From Lingula anatina (lineage: Eukaryota; Animalia; Brachiopoda), in assembly GCA_051362555.1 (NCBI GenBank), contig CM120646.1, forward strand, positions 23,064,001 through 23,128,000: 64,000 bases of DNA, read 5' to 3'. Each line of letters starts with the position of its first letter. Position 1 is the first letter of the stretch. The notes under the pieces are model-generated. The model was not told the DNA's origin, searched no databases, and saw nothing but the letters and a program-made list of their open reading frames with translations. A program made the position numbers and the translations under genes. Of this stretch, positions 52,001 to 64,000 are shown piece by piece.

Positions 52001-55000
52001 TCCCAGAGACTATCGTACTAACTTTGGATCGAACTACATGTATCTCCAAGGGGATTCTCGGTTAATTGCAATTAAGTAAGCTGATAGGGGGTAATTAACT
52101 ATCGTTTAGCAGGCGTTATTTAGTAGGCGTCTCAGACATCTAAGCCACTTAAGCTGAAAGCAATTTAGCGAGAAACCCCGTGGAGATGAACCGATCCTGT
52201 TAGATCGATCTAGGGATGGGAACCCAGTCTTACTCGATTCACAGTTCTTTCCACCGTAGGGTTCTGGGCAGGAACAGGTGTACTCCCCTGGTCTGGCACC
52301 ATCACGGCACCTGCCGCCATTTTGGCAGGGGGAGCCACAGCAGCCTGCGCAGGACTTGGGCACCACTATCACCGTGGTGCCTTTATCAGTGACGGACGAT
52401 GTTCCGTCTGAAATAAAGTTAGGTAAGGTTTAAAATGGTACGTGGAAAGTTGGGTTTACAAAGATATAGTGAGAGGATGTGGTAGATGGTTTTGGTAGCA
52501 TATACGTACATTATTTTGAAGCTTAAATAGCATGAAAACGATTTAAATCAGCCATTAATATAATATCTGATGATACATTTAATCATATTTAAAATGATAG
52601 ATACAAATTGACTCTTAGATACACAAAGTCTTCCAATACCTTTCAGTGTTTATTGCATTGAAAGCATTCTATAGATCAGTAATGGTGTTTCATTTCCTGC
52701 AGAACTCATTGTCAAACTTTTAAATGGCCAAAATATTAATTTCGTCTTTGGACAAATTATTAACAACAACAAACAGCTATATTTAACATGTACCTACCTA
52801 TTTGGCATGAACTTCCAAAGAACGGTTTGATGCACTTACAGTACATGGAACCGTCTGAGCGCATTGCACATTTACCGCCATTCAAGCAGCTGAGGCCGCC
52901 GGGTGATGGGCAGGCTCGCACTGAAAGGTCAGGGTCATATTATAAGTAAGGTCAAGGTTAACTTTAAGGTCAAGGTCGCAGATTTATGTAGCAAGGCGTA
53001 GAATGACGGACGTTGTCTCTTAGAATTTTGATATTGTTCTAAACATTGAACCTTGGTTTCTATATAATTTTATGATACTAAAATGGTATTATCAAATTTA
53101 TCTAGGATTAATGACGACATCAGTACCTTTTTGTATGAAAATCACACGCCCTGTTTGTCAAATTGAAAACGGACGATTACCTATACTATCTTCAGGTATA
53201 CAAAAGCGTCATCAGTGTAAACTCACCTCCGTCACACGTGTGTCCCGTGTAAGGGTCTTTACACTCACACCGGAAGCTGTCTCCCTCAGGCATACATTTA
53301 CCACCGTTCTTACACGGGTTGATTCTGCAGGGGGGATCTGGCTTGACTGAAATGACACAATAAACATCACATTATTTCGTGATAAAAATTTCAATACGCG
53401 CTTTTTATTTGTATTTTTTTTTTTTTTTTTTTTTTGTTAAAGAGTCTAAAATGAACGTAGAATTCAAACATGTAACGGTAATTATCAAAACCTTTTTATA
53501 TCTTCCTCTGAGTCAAGTCTAAGGCATCCTAACAAGGCCTGTATTTTCCAACGCGGACAGCGCACCATTAAGGCGCCACTGATGACTGTAATATCAAGAC
53601 CACTTACTGTAGGACGGGCAGCATTGGTAGGCAATGGCCAGGTTAGGCTGCTGGGTCTGCTGACACTCGTCTGTCATGTTGACCCGACAGTACCTCATAC
53701 CGTCACAGTAGGCTCGCACCTTGTCCATGAAACACTCAAACTCTGGCAATGTGGTGGTACACGACGGGTCCACGTTCCTGTCACAGAAACGCTTCACGTG
53801 GATGTGCTGCTTGCCACAGCTCATCTCCATGAAGGTGTTGTCACAGTCGTACCTGCCATATTGTTCTGGAATGGAAAGGACTCAGTATGGTTGTACGTTC
53901 TCTTTTTCTATATTTTGTTCTTTCCTCAAAATATCACAATCCTCCAAAACTTGCACTTTTTAAAAACATTCTAATGATGGTCCAATTACTGTCGGTACTT
54001 ATTTTTACCTTCGTAATTTTTCTGTTCATTAATTATTTTCATTGTTTTAATTGTTTTTATTTCAATCTCTACGTAAGATTTAAGTAATTTATGTTTTTCT
54101 ATTTTCATCTATCTGAACTGACTACTTTGTATCACATAACTATAACAAAAAAGTACCCGAGAAGTTAATACCTCACGCGGTGAGATTAATTGGCACTGAT
54201 AAATTCAATAGGAAATAAAATACAATAAAAAATGATCATAATGGCCTCCAAATATACAACTATGTTCTTCAGGAAAGAGGAATCCTCCAAAAATGTCTTC
54301 AATTTTCTGTAAATGTAGAAGATTTATGAACATGTTTCAATTAAAAACTTGGATTTTATATGTCAGATTCAGCTGTGCTTACCCCCAATACAGCAAGCCT
54401 GGTTGTCACCCTTCTCACAATAGTGACCGTAGAAACCACAAGGGCAGATGCACCGGAAACCTAGAAATATTTAACAATCTTCATGTTTTTGTTGTTACCA
54501 TGGTTTTTGTTGAATTGCTAGAATGTACAGCACAGAGCAATGTATATTTTCAATAAAACAAGAAGTATTTTCTCGTATGTTCGCGATATCAAAATTCAAA
54601 ATCCAGGTTGGGTTTAACGTCCTTGTCATATATCCTGTATGCCTTTTCCTTTTATATGTCGCATTCAGAACAGTGGACTAACTAGTCCGAGGGTCAAATA
54701 TGGCAGACCCACTTGGAATCTATTCAGTGTCTATTAGCGGAATAGACGACAATATTTTAGCGGGTCGCCATATTTGACCCGCGAACTACTCAATCCACTG
54801 TTCTAAATGCGCCCATACAGGTCACTATACGCAGTACAAGAAGTATCGTAACGAAAGAATTGTGTGCGCCCATATTGTCTTCTCTACGTACCAAGGATCT
54901 GGTTCTTGCTGTTGTATACCTTGGAGCATCTGCCGCCATTGGTACACACGGCACAGCCACTGCCCGAACACGAACACGGGTCATAACTTTGTGCTAAAAC

Positions 55001-55404
55001 AAGGATATAAAAATAATTTTTAAATAGATGATTACAGAATTATCAAGACGGCAGCTAAGACAAGGACTCTTTGGGGAGCTCTGGTGAACGCCCTGTGTAC
55101 CACTGGAAACAAAAAGGATTAACTAAGTAACTAAATATTGCAGAATTATATGTGTACGTGGACCGTTCCATTTAAGTATTCCACTCTTTTATGAAACAAG
55201 TCTTTACAAAAAAAAGACACCAGGAAAAGATACACTGGGTTACTTACTGTATCCACATCCTGCACTGGTGCACCCCCAGTCTTCCTGTGGGGCCTCCTGA
55301 ATAGGAAGAGGCCCAATAGGTCCTACAGGCGGGGGTACTTCAGGCTCCGACCTGGAGTATGCCAACAACACACCTAGCAGTAGCAGGTGTATTTGGCCGC
55401 CCAT
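39751..55404 (-). CDS. Giant EGF/lectin-collagen B, paralog of A (about 26 coding exons, about 2,500 aa)
   Basis: ATG at 55404 ([19 protein letters not shown]). EGF1 is split over 54993-54892 and 54460-54383; lectin-like exon 53865-53608; EGF exons 53346-53227, 52920-52798, 52407-52234, 51713-51585, 51209-51078, 50846-50730; Gly-X-Y exons from 50412 including 46660-45929 and a 3069-bp exon 44117-41049; last exon 40211-39751 ends in TAA. Confidence 0.92.
50730..54993 (-). other. Collagen B N-terminal head: 7 EGF-like domains plus 1 SUEL-like domain
   Basis: For example [36 protein letters not shown] (compare A: [26 protein letters not shown]) and [13 protein letters not shown]...[14 protein letters not shown]. 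Confidence 0.9.
54657..54814. mobile_element. Second, more diverged copy of the 8239-8413 Harbinger-type MITE, inside a collagen B intron
   Basis: Shares ggactaactagtccgagggtcaaatatggc.gacccacttg...tattagcgga.tagacg...gggtcgccatat..gaccc with 8239-8413; IR gcattcagaacagtgga / tccactgttctaaatgc. Confidence 0.8.
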
Positions 55405-56162
55405 AATAACTGAAAATAGATACAACATATAGTATTGGGTTTGGCTTGCTGAGTTGCATTCTATTCTATTCTATTCTATTCTATTAGGTTTATATTGACT
55501 ATCTGGTTTCACGCAGGCTGAAGGTTTTAGTATCCTAATAATAATGAATTAGTGTTTTTCCAAGATTTATGATATTTTTACTTTTGAAGATACGACCAAT
55601 TCAGAGGTGTTTAATACATAATTATTAATTTTAATTATAATTTTAATTAATAATACATTTAAAAATGTAGAGTGTGTTATGCTGTTGACAAGCATGTGCT
55701 CAGAGATGGACATGAGAACAAGACTACTGTGCATTACCCGATCACCCGAAACCAGATTACAATTTTTAAGAAAATATTAATTCGAAACATTGAGAGGTTG
55801 AAATTTATTGAAAACGTTCAGAAAAATAAACAACATACACTAATTTATCCTAGATTATGGTTATTTGGAAATAATTAGCCTTAATTTCAATTTATGTGAC
55901 ATTCCTTCACGGTCGCACGTCTAATGTCACTGTAATTAAGACCGATAAAGCGTCGCACACAGGCAAAATGTAATAAAACTGAGTCACATTGTCTGCGGTC
56001 ACAGAGTGTTCCGTATCAGCCCGTGTCGCGGTTATGTCATTACATGTGATCGCTTCATCTAAGATACTACCAAAACATGTTGTTCGGCTCACAGAACACA
56101 CAAATAACGGTGTTAAGGTGACCTTGACATCTGCTAACGATGTGTTCACACGCACACCTTAC

Positions 56163-56240
56163 TGTACACCGCGCTGACTTGGAGATGCTCCTGGGAGAAA
56201 TTCGAACACTGTTCGTAGTGTTAGGTTGTCCTATAGTAAG
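56163..56240 (-). promoter_or_regulatory. Possible non-coding first exon of collagen B
   Basis: GC-richer segment ending in a minus-strand gtaagg donor at 56162, positioned like the UTR exon of collagen A. The 5' boundary is a guess. Confidence 0.3.
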
Positions 56241-56440
56241 TTGCCGCATTTAGAGAATTAATAGGAGGAAAAAGGAAAAGAGACCACATTTGATAAATCT
56301 TTTCGGACTTACATGGAGAATCTACGTTAAACCGTGGAAGGTTATCAGATACAGTACATACTAATAGGTGGATGTTCGTCTCCTTGGACATTTGTGCCAA
56401 CACGAACCAATGGGTTGCAAAGCCAACGTCAATCACTTGG

Positions 56441-56457
56441 CATCATCATCATCATCA

Positions 56458-56507
<50 letters not shown>
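56441..56507. repeat. Compound (CAT)n(TAT)n microsatellite
   Basis: Direct reading; it causes the poly-I and poly-L ORFs. Confidence 0.95.
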
Positions 56508-59500
56508 TATGTCTAACTTGTTGATAATTTCAACATGTACTACTGTAGAAATAAATGACATCATTCGTTCAAAAATATGTTTCTTATCCTTTACCAAATC
56601 TGCATTGACAATTTGATAATCTGCTTGCTTATGTAGTTTTCAATTCCCCAAAAGCTTAAATGGTATATTTAGGGCACCAAACAGTCCTGTTAATTATATT
56701 TATTGAAAGAGAGGTAATGTGATCCAAGGGCGAGAAAACGAAAAAGACCGCAGTTGGCATATAAAGAGGATAACACATCATTTTGTATTTTGATATCTGT
56801 TTGATAATGTGAAAACGCCCATAGAATTGTGGAACAAATGTATGGTTTACTCATTATGGTAAAGTCATGACTTCCAGCAGTAGACAATGACCACACTGGT
56901 AATAAAGAGGGAATTGTTTCCCGTTTTGAGTCACTTGTTCAAAAATATTTAAGTATCAAATGGAAAATTAACTCAATGTTCGCCAGAATCTTCACGATAA
57001 GCCATATTATGTGTGTTCCTTTATATTGAGAGCAGTTTAATGGGTTGCTTTATGTTAAAAGTGGGAAAACTAAACATTTGTGGCTTCAGGTGCAAGTTAA
57101 GTATTTTCAATCCCTAATATTAAAATGGCATGGATTTATGACACATTATGGATAAAATGCACTTTTACTACAAGTTACATGAAAAAGTAAGCATGCCCAC
57201 AAAAAGCTTAATAAGTACCCTTGAGTCATGCTGAAAATGTAATAAATGTACCACGTCAAACTGTGGGGGACGACGATTTATGACTGAAAATACCAATCTT
57301 ATTTGAATATTAAAGAAACCGTTTTTGTTCTCAAAGTCATCCCCAATATATCCCCCAGTTATATCTCTGGCACACTTTTTGGAGTGGCGGATATATCTGC
57401 CATGCACAACGGGTGGTGCAACGTCAATTTTCACCTTAAAGTCAATTCATGTCAAAATGCCAAAGTACCCGGTCACATTTGAACCAACCGTGTGTCTGAC
57501 AAAATTATTAAATGTCATTTTGCACATAACACGCGAGTTTCCTCCAAGCGTTGTAGAAAAGTTGAGCCTTTGTGACCAAAATGGACTATTTTTATTTAAT
57601 GTCTTTAAAGTGATTTAAAACATGCTTTCATGTGTTGCGTCTTGTCTTCAGTGTACCTTAACATTTAAAATGGCCGTGTTAAAGGCTTCGCTATAGTGAT
57701 GTAAGCATAGCTACACATTTCCTTGCAATTAAATGCAGTTAAATAAAAATCAGCAGTCTGCGGTCATTTTATAACGCAAATTTTCGAATTCCACACAATT
57801 ATGGAGGTATTTGAGCCTGATTTAATAGAATTTTTCATCCAAATTAAGCTGGTTTATTTATCATTGCTATCGACGCCCACTGCGCTGCTCTAAAATGCAT
57901 AATTAACTCTTAAGGGCGGATAAACTCAATATATTTCATCAAGTCAGAAAGTTGCTCTGACAATTTAAAATCTTGTGATATACGTGTTTGACGGCTACAA
58001 CAAAAGGTCTGAAGTGCCTTAAAGAGATTTGACAGTACATTTTAGAGCATTTTGACTGCAAATGTAACAGTATCATATTTTAATGAAAGTTGTGCCTTTT
58101 TTCGTTCTTTTCTTTTCATAAATTAATTCCGAGTATTACCTTTGCTATTCAAATCAACCTGATGCCCAGCGTACATGTACCGTTAGAACAACTGTTATTT
58201 TCATTTTAAACAATTATTTTGATTTTAATTAGCCCACAGATTTACAAATGTAAATTATGCAAATAATTAAGAGCGAATAAGGGAACAAGTTTCGACACGC
58301 CAAGAACTTTACATGATAATGAAGCTGACGAAGCAATTATGTGACAAGCGTGACTTCACTGCCATCTGGCGAGTTTTCAATAAGGGCCATGGGGGGTCCG
58401 ATAGCATGTGACGTCAGACACCGTCAGATATCAGAAATTCTACGTAGTTGAATCGTATAACTGACTATAATTTTGCCAATATTTTAGAAATTTGAAAATG
58501 TTGGAAGGGACCCTAAAGATGTCAGCACACTAGTTCAGGTTGTAATTAAACATAACCTCGATTAAATTCTAAAATGAGTGAACTATGATCAGTTCTTATG
58601 AGACAACATTCCCCACTTTCTGGTATTAGCCTATATGAATGCTGCAGTGTTTACTAGGTGCTTATAAAGCGCTGAAAAGAAGTTTCTATGTACGGAGATG
58701 TAGCTGGTATCAGTAATTGGACTTTAGTACTGTAAAGAATTGACATTATAATTCCAGGCGGTATTATCAAAGCGCAATCATTAGTCATTAGCCATTTGCT
58801 AACAATGCTATTTAGATGGTATTTAGAAAATACATTAAATGACACGTACTTGTGGTTTACATTTCTTTATGCGCGTTCGCGTTCCATTCCGTGCGTGTTA
58901 ACTTACGCGCACACAGACACATAACTCCTCCGTATGTGACATTATAACTTAAAAATAAGTATTCAGCAAATTGCGAACGCGTGAAGCTGTACTAGTTAAC
59001 ATGTATACGACACTCCAGCAATACGTCGTCGGTGATTTTATATTTAAATCGATCCTGGACTGTTCATAGGGCAGTGACGTGTTACCTAATTAAATCCGTT
59101 CGAATTTAAATGATATTTATGCAAAAATCTTTAAGTGCTAATCAGTAAGTGCTTGTTGATACGGACAAAGTTCTAAAGCATAATTAACACAGTTCGCCTC
59201 TGTTAATTCATTACTTGTTTTAACGATATTGTTTTCGACCGTGGCAACCTTACTGTTCATTCCACAGGTGGGCATGACAAATACAACGTAACACCTTCGT
59301 TAAGATTTATAAATTTAACCTCGTTTTATGTTGCGTACACAGTTTTAATTAAGAGATATAAATATGCATGTTACATACTTATACCAGCCATATAATGCTG
59401 TCGTTTCTGTTTAAAAGGTATAGATTTCTGTAAACACAAACCTGCCCAACAAAAGGAAGGTATTTGGCTAATACCGTTAATACCACTGTTTTTTCTTATT

Positions 59501-60182
59501 TCCCAACAATTAAAAGAAGAAGCATTAAGATTACAATTTGGATGCATTGTGCTTTTCTACGAATTCTTTAGTATAAAATTGCCTTATTTTGAAATAACTA
59601 TTGTTGCAATGAGTCAACAGTTGTGTAGAGAATAGATGCCATTTCAAAACACTCAGCATCTTCAGATACCAGCATCTCGCAGTAGGCCAGTCTGTAGGTG
59701 ATTTCATGATAATGTATTTAACCTTTTCTCTATTAATCTCTGAGAGTCCTATATATATATATATCTCGTAAATCCTATAGCATTTGGTGTTCAGATAATG
59801 AAATTACATTAAATTCCTTTTTTGACCAATAGATATGGTATATCGTGTTTGATGTTTGCTGACAAATATGGTAAAAAGTAAAACTTTGAACCCTCGAGTT
59901 CCGTACTGTTCTAGTTGGCATTCAGTGCATCATTTGAAATACTGTTTGCTGAATTTTTCGTTATTGTGTGTTTTCTGTATGATAACAGAGTAACATTCAA
60001 AGAATAGTTGTACAAATAGTTACGATTCTCTTACTTTCCATGCAAACGCTATGTTAAACCGACCATCATCATGGCGACCGCAATTAAAGTAAAACACAAA
60101 GTCCAATAACTACTCAAAATAATCCAAAAACTTATCTCCAAACCGAAAAGAAACTTCTTACAAAATTTGACCCACTACTTAC

Positions 60183-60619
60183 CAACTATGAGCACCAACT
60201 AAAAGTTTCTTGAATCTTAAGTCCTTCGCTTCGAAATCGTCTTCTTGTCCTTGGAGAGCGAAAGGACTGGAGCCCCTTCCTGTAGCGTGTAGCAGGGCTG
60301 AGGCGGTACTACCAGTGTCAATGTTTTAGTACCTGTCCATTACCGCCATTTTGAAACACCGTTTCTCAATGTTTCTTTGAAGACATTGATTAACCATGGC
60401 AGGGGCGACATCAAGCACGGAGGTTGTCCTGAAACATGGATAACTGTGACGTGTTTCCGTGACACTGGGTGGCGCCCCAAGGAGATAAAAATTGAGTCCG
60501 TGATATGTGTAAGACTGTTCTTACCCAAAAAGGTAAAATCGGCCGCATGCCTCAGTTTTCTCTGCTGTATAGGCAAGCCATTACGCGCTGTATACCAACC
60601 ACCATTCACCTGTTGATGG
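60183..60619 (-). pseudogene. Possible decayed two-exon coding remnant
   Basis: Exon-like segments 60619-60525 and 60428-60183 have good ag/gtaag signals and compatible phase, but each contains one in-frame TAA. Confidence 0.3.
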
Positions 60620-61365
60620 CTACATTAAGAAGTATTTGCAAATTTAAGTGTCTATTAAGGGTGTTTTAATATGTACCGGAGCTACAGGGGCGTAAAAATT
60701 GAGGTTTTCCTTAAAGTTTGTGTAGTGAAAATTTCAATTAGGGAAACTGCGTGACCGTGACTTGAATTAGTTTGATATTTACGATAAAAAGTAAAATATC
60801 GGCATGTATTTTATTTCTAGATCCCCACACTAAACTAAACTAAACATCTTGTTTTTCAGGCGAAGTGAAACTGATTTGTAAAGCAGGCAAACAGTACAAA
60901 AATACATACAGACTAAGAGATTGCCATATAAAGCATAATACAGTACAGAAACTTTGTCGGTAGTCCAAACTCGTTAGCGCTTTGGCAAGTCTTTGCTGGC
61001 TCATTTCTTCGTGCCTGTCTCCTCACTTCATCAACCCAACAGATAACTGACGGGAGGCGTAACACGGGCAAACCCAACCGCGATAATACACTGTTTTTCA
61101 GCTATCCCGCCTAGCGGTAATACGCCGTACACAGGTCTTGATCTATGATAAACTTCTAGATACATCCTTGATAAAAGTTATACGATATGGTATTAAACTT
61201 CACCCAGAGAGATCTATGATTGTAGTATTATATTTAGAATCGTATTAAACCTGTTGAGATGCTACTATATTTGGAGCAAGGTTGGGAATCGTGTAATTTT
61301 AGCTTGTTTTGTTGGAGTAAAAACATTTTATTTTCAGTGACTATACTTTTTGTTGACTGCAGACC

Positions 61366-61535
61366 AGAGAGAGAGACAGAGAGAAGAGGGAGGTGAGAGA
61401 GAGAGAGAGAGAGAGAGAGATGATGATGATAATAATGAAAAATGAAATCATTTCCGTTCTATGAAGAGTTATCTTATGTTTCCTGTTAAAACGAAAATGA
61501 ATAAATAAATAAATAAATAAAATAATAGTAAAAGC

Positions 61536-61563
<28 letters not shown>
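61366..61563. repeat. (GA)n, (GAT)n, (TAAA)n and (TAA)n simple-repeat cluster
   Basis: Direct reading. Confidence 0.9.
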
Positions 61564-61567
<4 letters not shown>

Positions 61568-64000
61568 TTTAACAGACAGCCGTGTCAAAATCAGGACGCC
61601 TCAAAGTTTCGTGATAAATATTGTTCACTTATTATTCATTAACTCAATTAATAAATTGTCTTCATTACAACGTACAACCCAGATAGAACATGGCGATTAG
61701 GAGAGTAAAAAGTGCGTCGTAGAGGTAGACATGCAACACACGATTCTCTCTAATATCGGAGACAGAGCTAGGAGAATAAAACAAATGAGATACACGACAT
61801 TTTTACAAACATAAAACTGTCTCGTCAAGCACCTGTCGTAGACCGTGACCAATCATACCACCGTTATAAACCAGTCGACAAAGGCTGGATTTTATTACGT
61901 ATCTATTAGCTGGCATTACATATTTATATTTCGTTTTTATAGGCGAGTGTTGAAACATCCGCGAAACTTTCCACTATTATCACTGCTGCTCGAGTTCGGC
62001 ATAAAGTTTACATCCACGTGTTGATCACAAGTACAATTACAAAGTAGTCAGAAAGACATTACATGAGCTACTTTAAAGTGCACGATAAAAAGATCATATG
62101 TTGGAATTCATGCTTATGGACTGTTTTTAAGATCATCTGAATTAATAAATCTTTATATGTTTGTTACTTTAATTCTATACATTGCAATTATATTTTTTTT
62201 ATTCTTCGACTTTTTAAGGTTATATATAACTCAATTAATAACAAGTTTTTTTTCCTTGGGGGAGGGGGGGGTCCGAGGTGAGTGGGGCGTTGTACCCCCA
62301 TCCCCGGTACTTGCAAGCGTCCACGCATCAACAGCAGCAACAACAAGCCGGTCGTATTTTCAAATTAGAAAGGAGACAAAGGCCATATGATCAGCTAAAT
62401 TTCCACGTTGGGGGCACGTATACATTGTACATGTAGGGCCGATCTAAATAATTTATAATATGTAATATTATTAAATATCTAAATAATATATAATTTTATT
62501 ATTAGGGCCTAATCATTTGCTGCCCGCCCTGCAAGTGGATAGGCTTACTTTAAAGTATTTCTATATCGTACTAGGTACTTAATGGGTCCTCTCGTCCCTT
62601 GTAAAACTTGTTTAAAAATAAATTTAGAAACATCGTTGGTTGGATTCATCAAAAATTCCCTGGTCTTAGCTTGTACCCGGCACTCGTTGCGACACCATCT
62701 TTAGATAATATGCCCTTATTTTGGAAAAAGAATTATGGATAAGAGATTATTTTCCATGGAGCTATGCTGTTACTTTCCCGGCTATCGTTTAGTTATTTGT
62801 GGTGTAGGAGGGCACTTCTGTGCCGTCGCCAAAGACTATCAATTGCGTTTGCAGAGACATTTAGATTGTGTCAGGGTGTGACTGGCTGGGAGACATGATT
62901 GTGTTTTGTGGGTGTCTGCCACGAGCGAGCAGATTCCCACGTGACAAATTACACTCCTTGCGATGAAGTTTTTTATTTATAACATTTGTTAACGAAATAT
63001 ACGTACGTTTACTTTTTTTGCTGTAAAATAATTAATTGCTTCCATTGTAAAGAGGTTCGAAAAAGTAAACGTCAACTACGTAAATTTTTAACCCAGCATT
63101 CATTTTGAAATGCTTAATAAATTTGGTAAATGTAAAATGCCTAAAATTGGCTTTCTTCTGTTGAAGAAACTGGACGTATTATATGATATTCAGAAGATGA
63201 CAGAATATAGCGCAATGAAAGCCACGTAACTGCACAGGGCCGCTCAAAGTCAAGGAATAGGCCATAAAGATTGACTGTATTTATGTAAATAATTGATTTA
63301 CTTAATAACTTCGATTGTCATTGGCCATTCTGTATAATTTTTTTAATACAGTAGGCCTATATTCGACAAACTTCCAGACAAAAAGACCAAACGGGTGTTG
63401 AAGCTTTCCATTTGTTTTCTTCAATTCACATCTCTGTTAATAGCGCAGCCACACTGCTATCAGGGGTGTCACACATTTTAACAAACATTGGAATCAAATG
63501 ATGAGTTGTTTGAAAACCTTCAGGTGCTTGTGACTAATAACTTGAAGAGGAAATATTTTAGGTACAGAAGGCATGGAGATGTTTTTAGTTGAAGTGTGAA
63601 TTACAGACCGTTTTAAAAAAAGGTTCTTCTTACACTTGTTAAAGAGATTGTAGTTGAATATTTGTTTAGCTGATAAAATTCAACAAGAAATTACATGTAA
63701 TTGCATATAGAAAATATGTTTTACTACTGTAGCTCGGCAGTGGCTATAACGTTACTATAACGTTTTTGGTCTTATAAAATTTATGGTAATGTTTTAGTAA
63801 TGTTATTTGTTTGCGGAGTATAGGCGTTTCTCATATGAAACTTAACTTAGCGGGGTAAAAAAAATTTACATTTTAAACGACCACTTTCTTACAAAAAGAC
63901 CCCTTGCAAATTGCTGTCTACAGGCCTGTATTTAAATATCCAGTTAAATGTTCCGCCTTTCCTGACCCTGAAGTACCTGGTAAATGTTTTTTGAGACCAG

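Noticed and set aside
56600-60100. Short ORFs and scattered splice-like signals upstream of collagen B
   Set aside because: I could not build a phase-consistent multi-exon model or recognise a motif; treated as intergenic.
61000-64000. Possible third collagen paralog or other gene at the window end
   Set aside because: No Gly-X-Y, EGF or Cys-cap sequence seen on either strand; only AT-rich and simple-repeat sequence.

Overview
This is AT-rich animal genomic DNA with GT-AG introns, microsatellites and MITEs, probably from a marine invertebrate (lophotrochozoan-like; the species cannot be determined from the window). In order it holds: the 5' end of an unknown minus-strand gene with a decayed non-LTR retrotransposon tail in its intron; a complete TAF10 gene (+, 3691-6475); a 6-exon type-I membrane protein that looks like a stand-alone ZP-C domain (+, 11227-14571); and two tandem paralogous giant collagen genes on the minus strand (A: 34112->15481; B: 55404->39751). 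Both collagens share one architecture: signal peptide, EGF, divergent SUEL-like lectin domain, 6 more EGFs, about 1,940-1,950 aa of Ala/Arg-rich Gly-X-Y, and a short Cys-rich C-terminal domain that is not COLFI, NC1 or C1q. Their exon structures are very different (about 38 vs about 26 coding exons), yet helix length is matched and four consecutive helix interruptions are in exact register. Exon boundaries were read by hand from splice signals and frame continuity, and lengths are manual sums.
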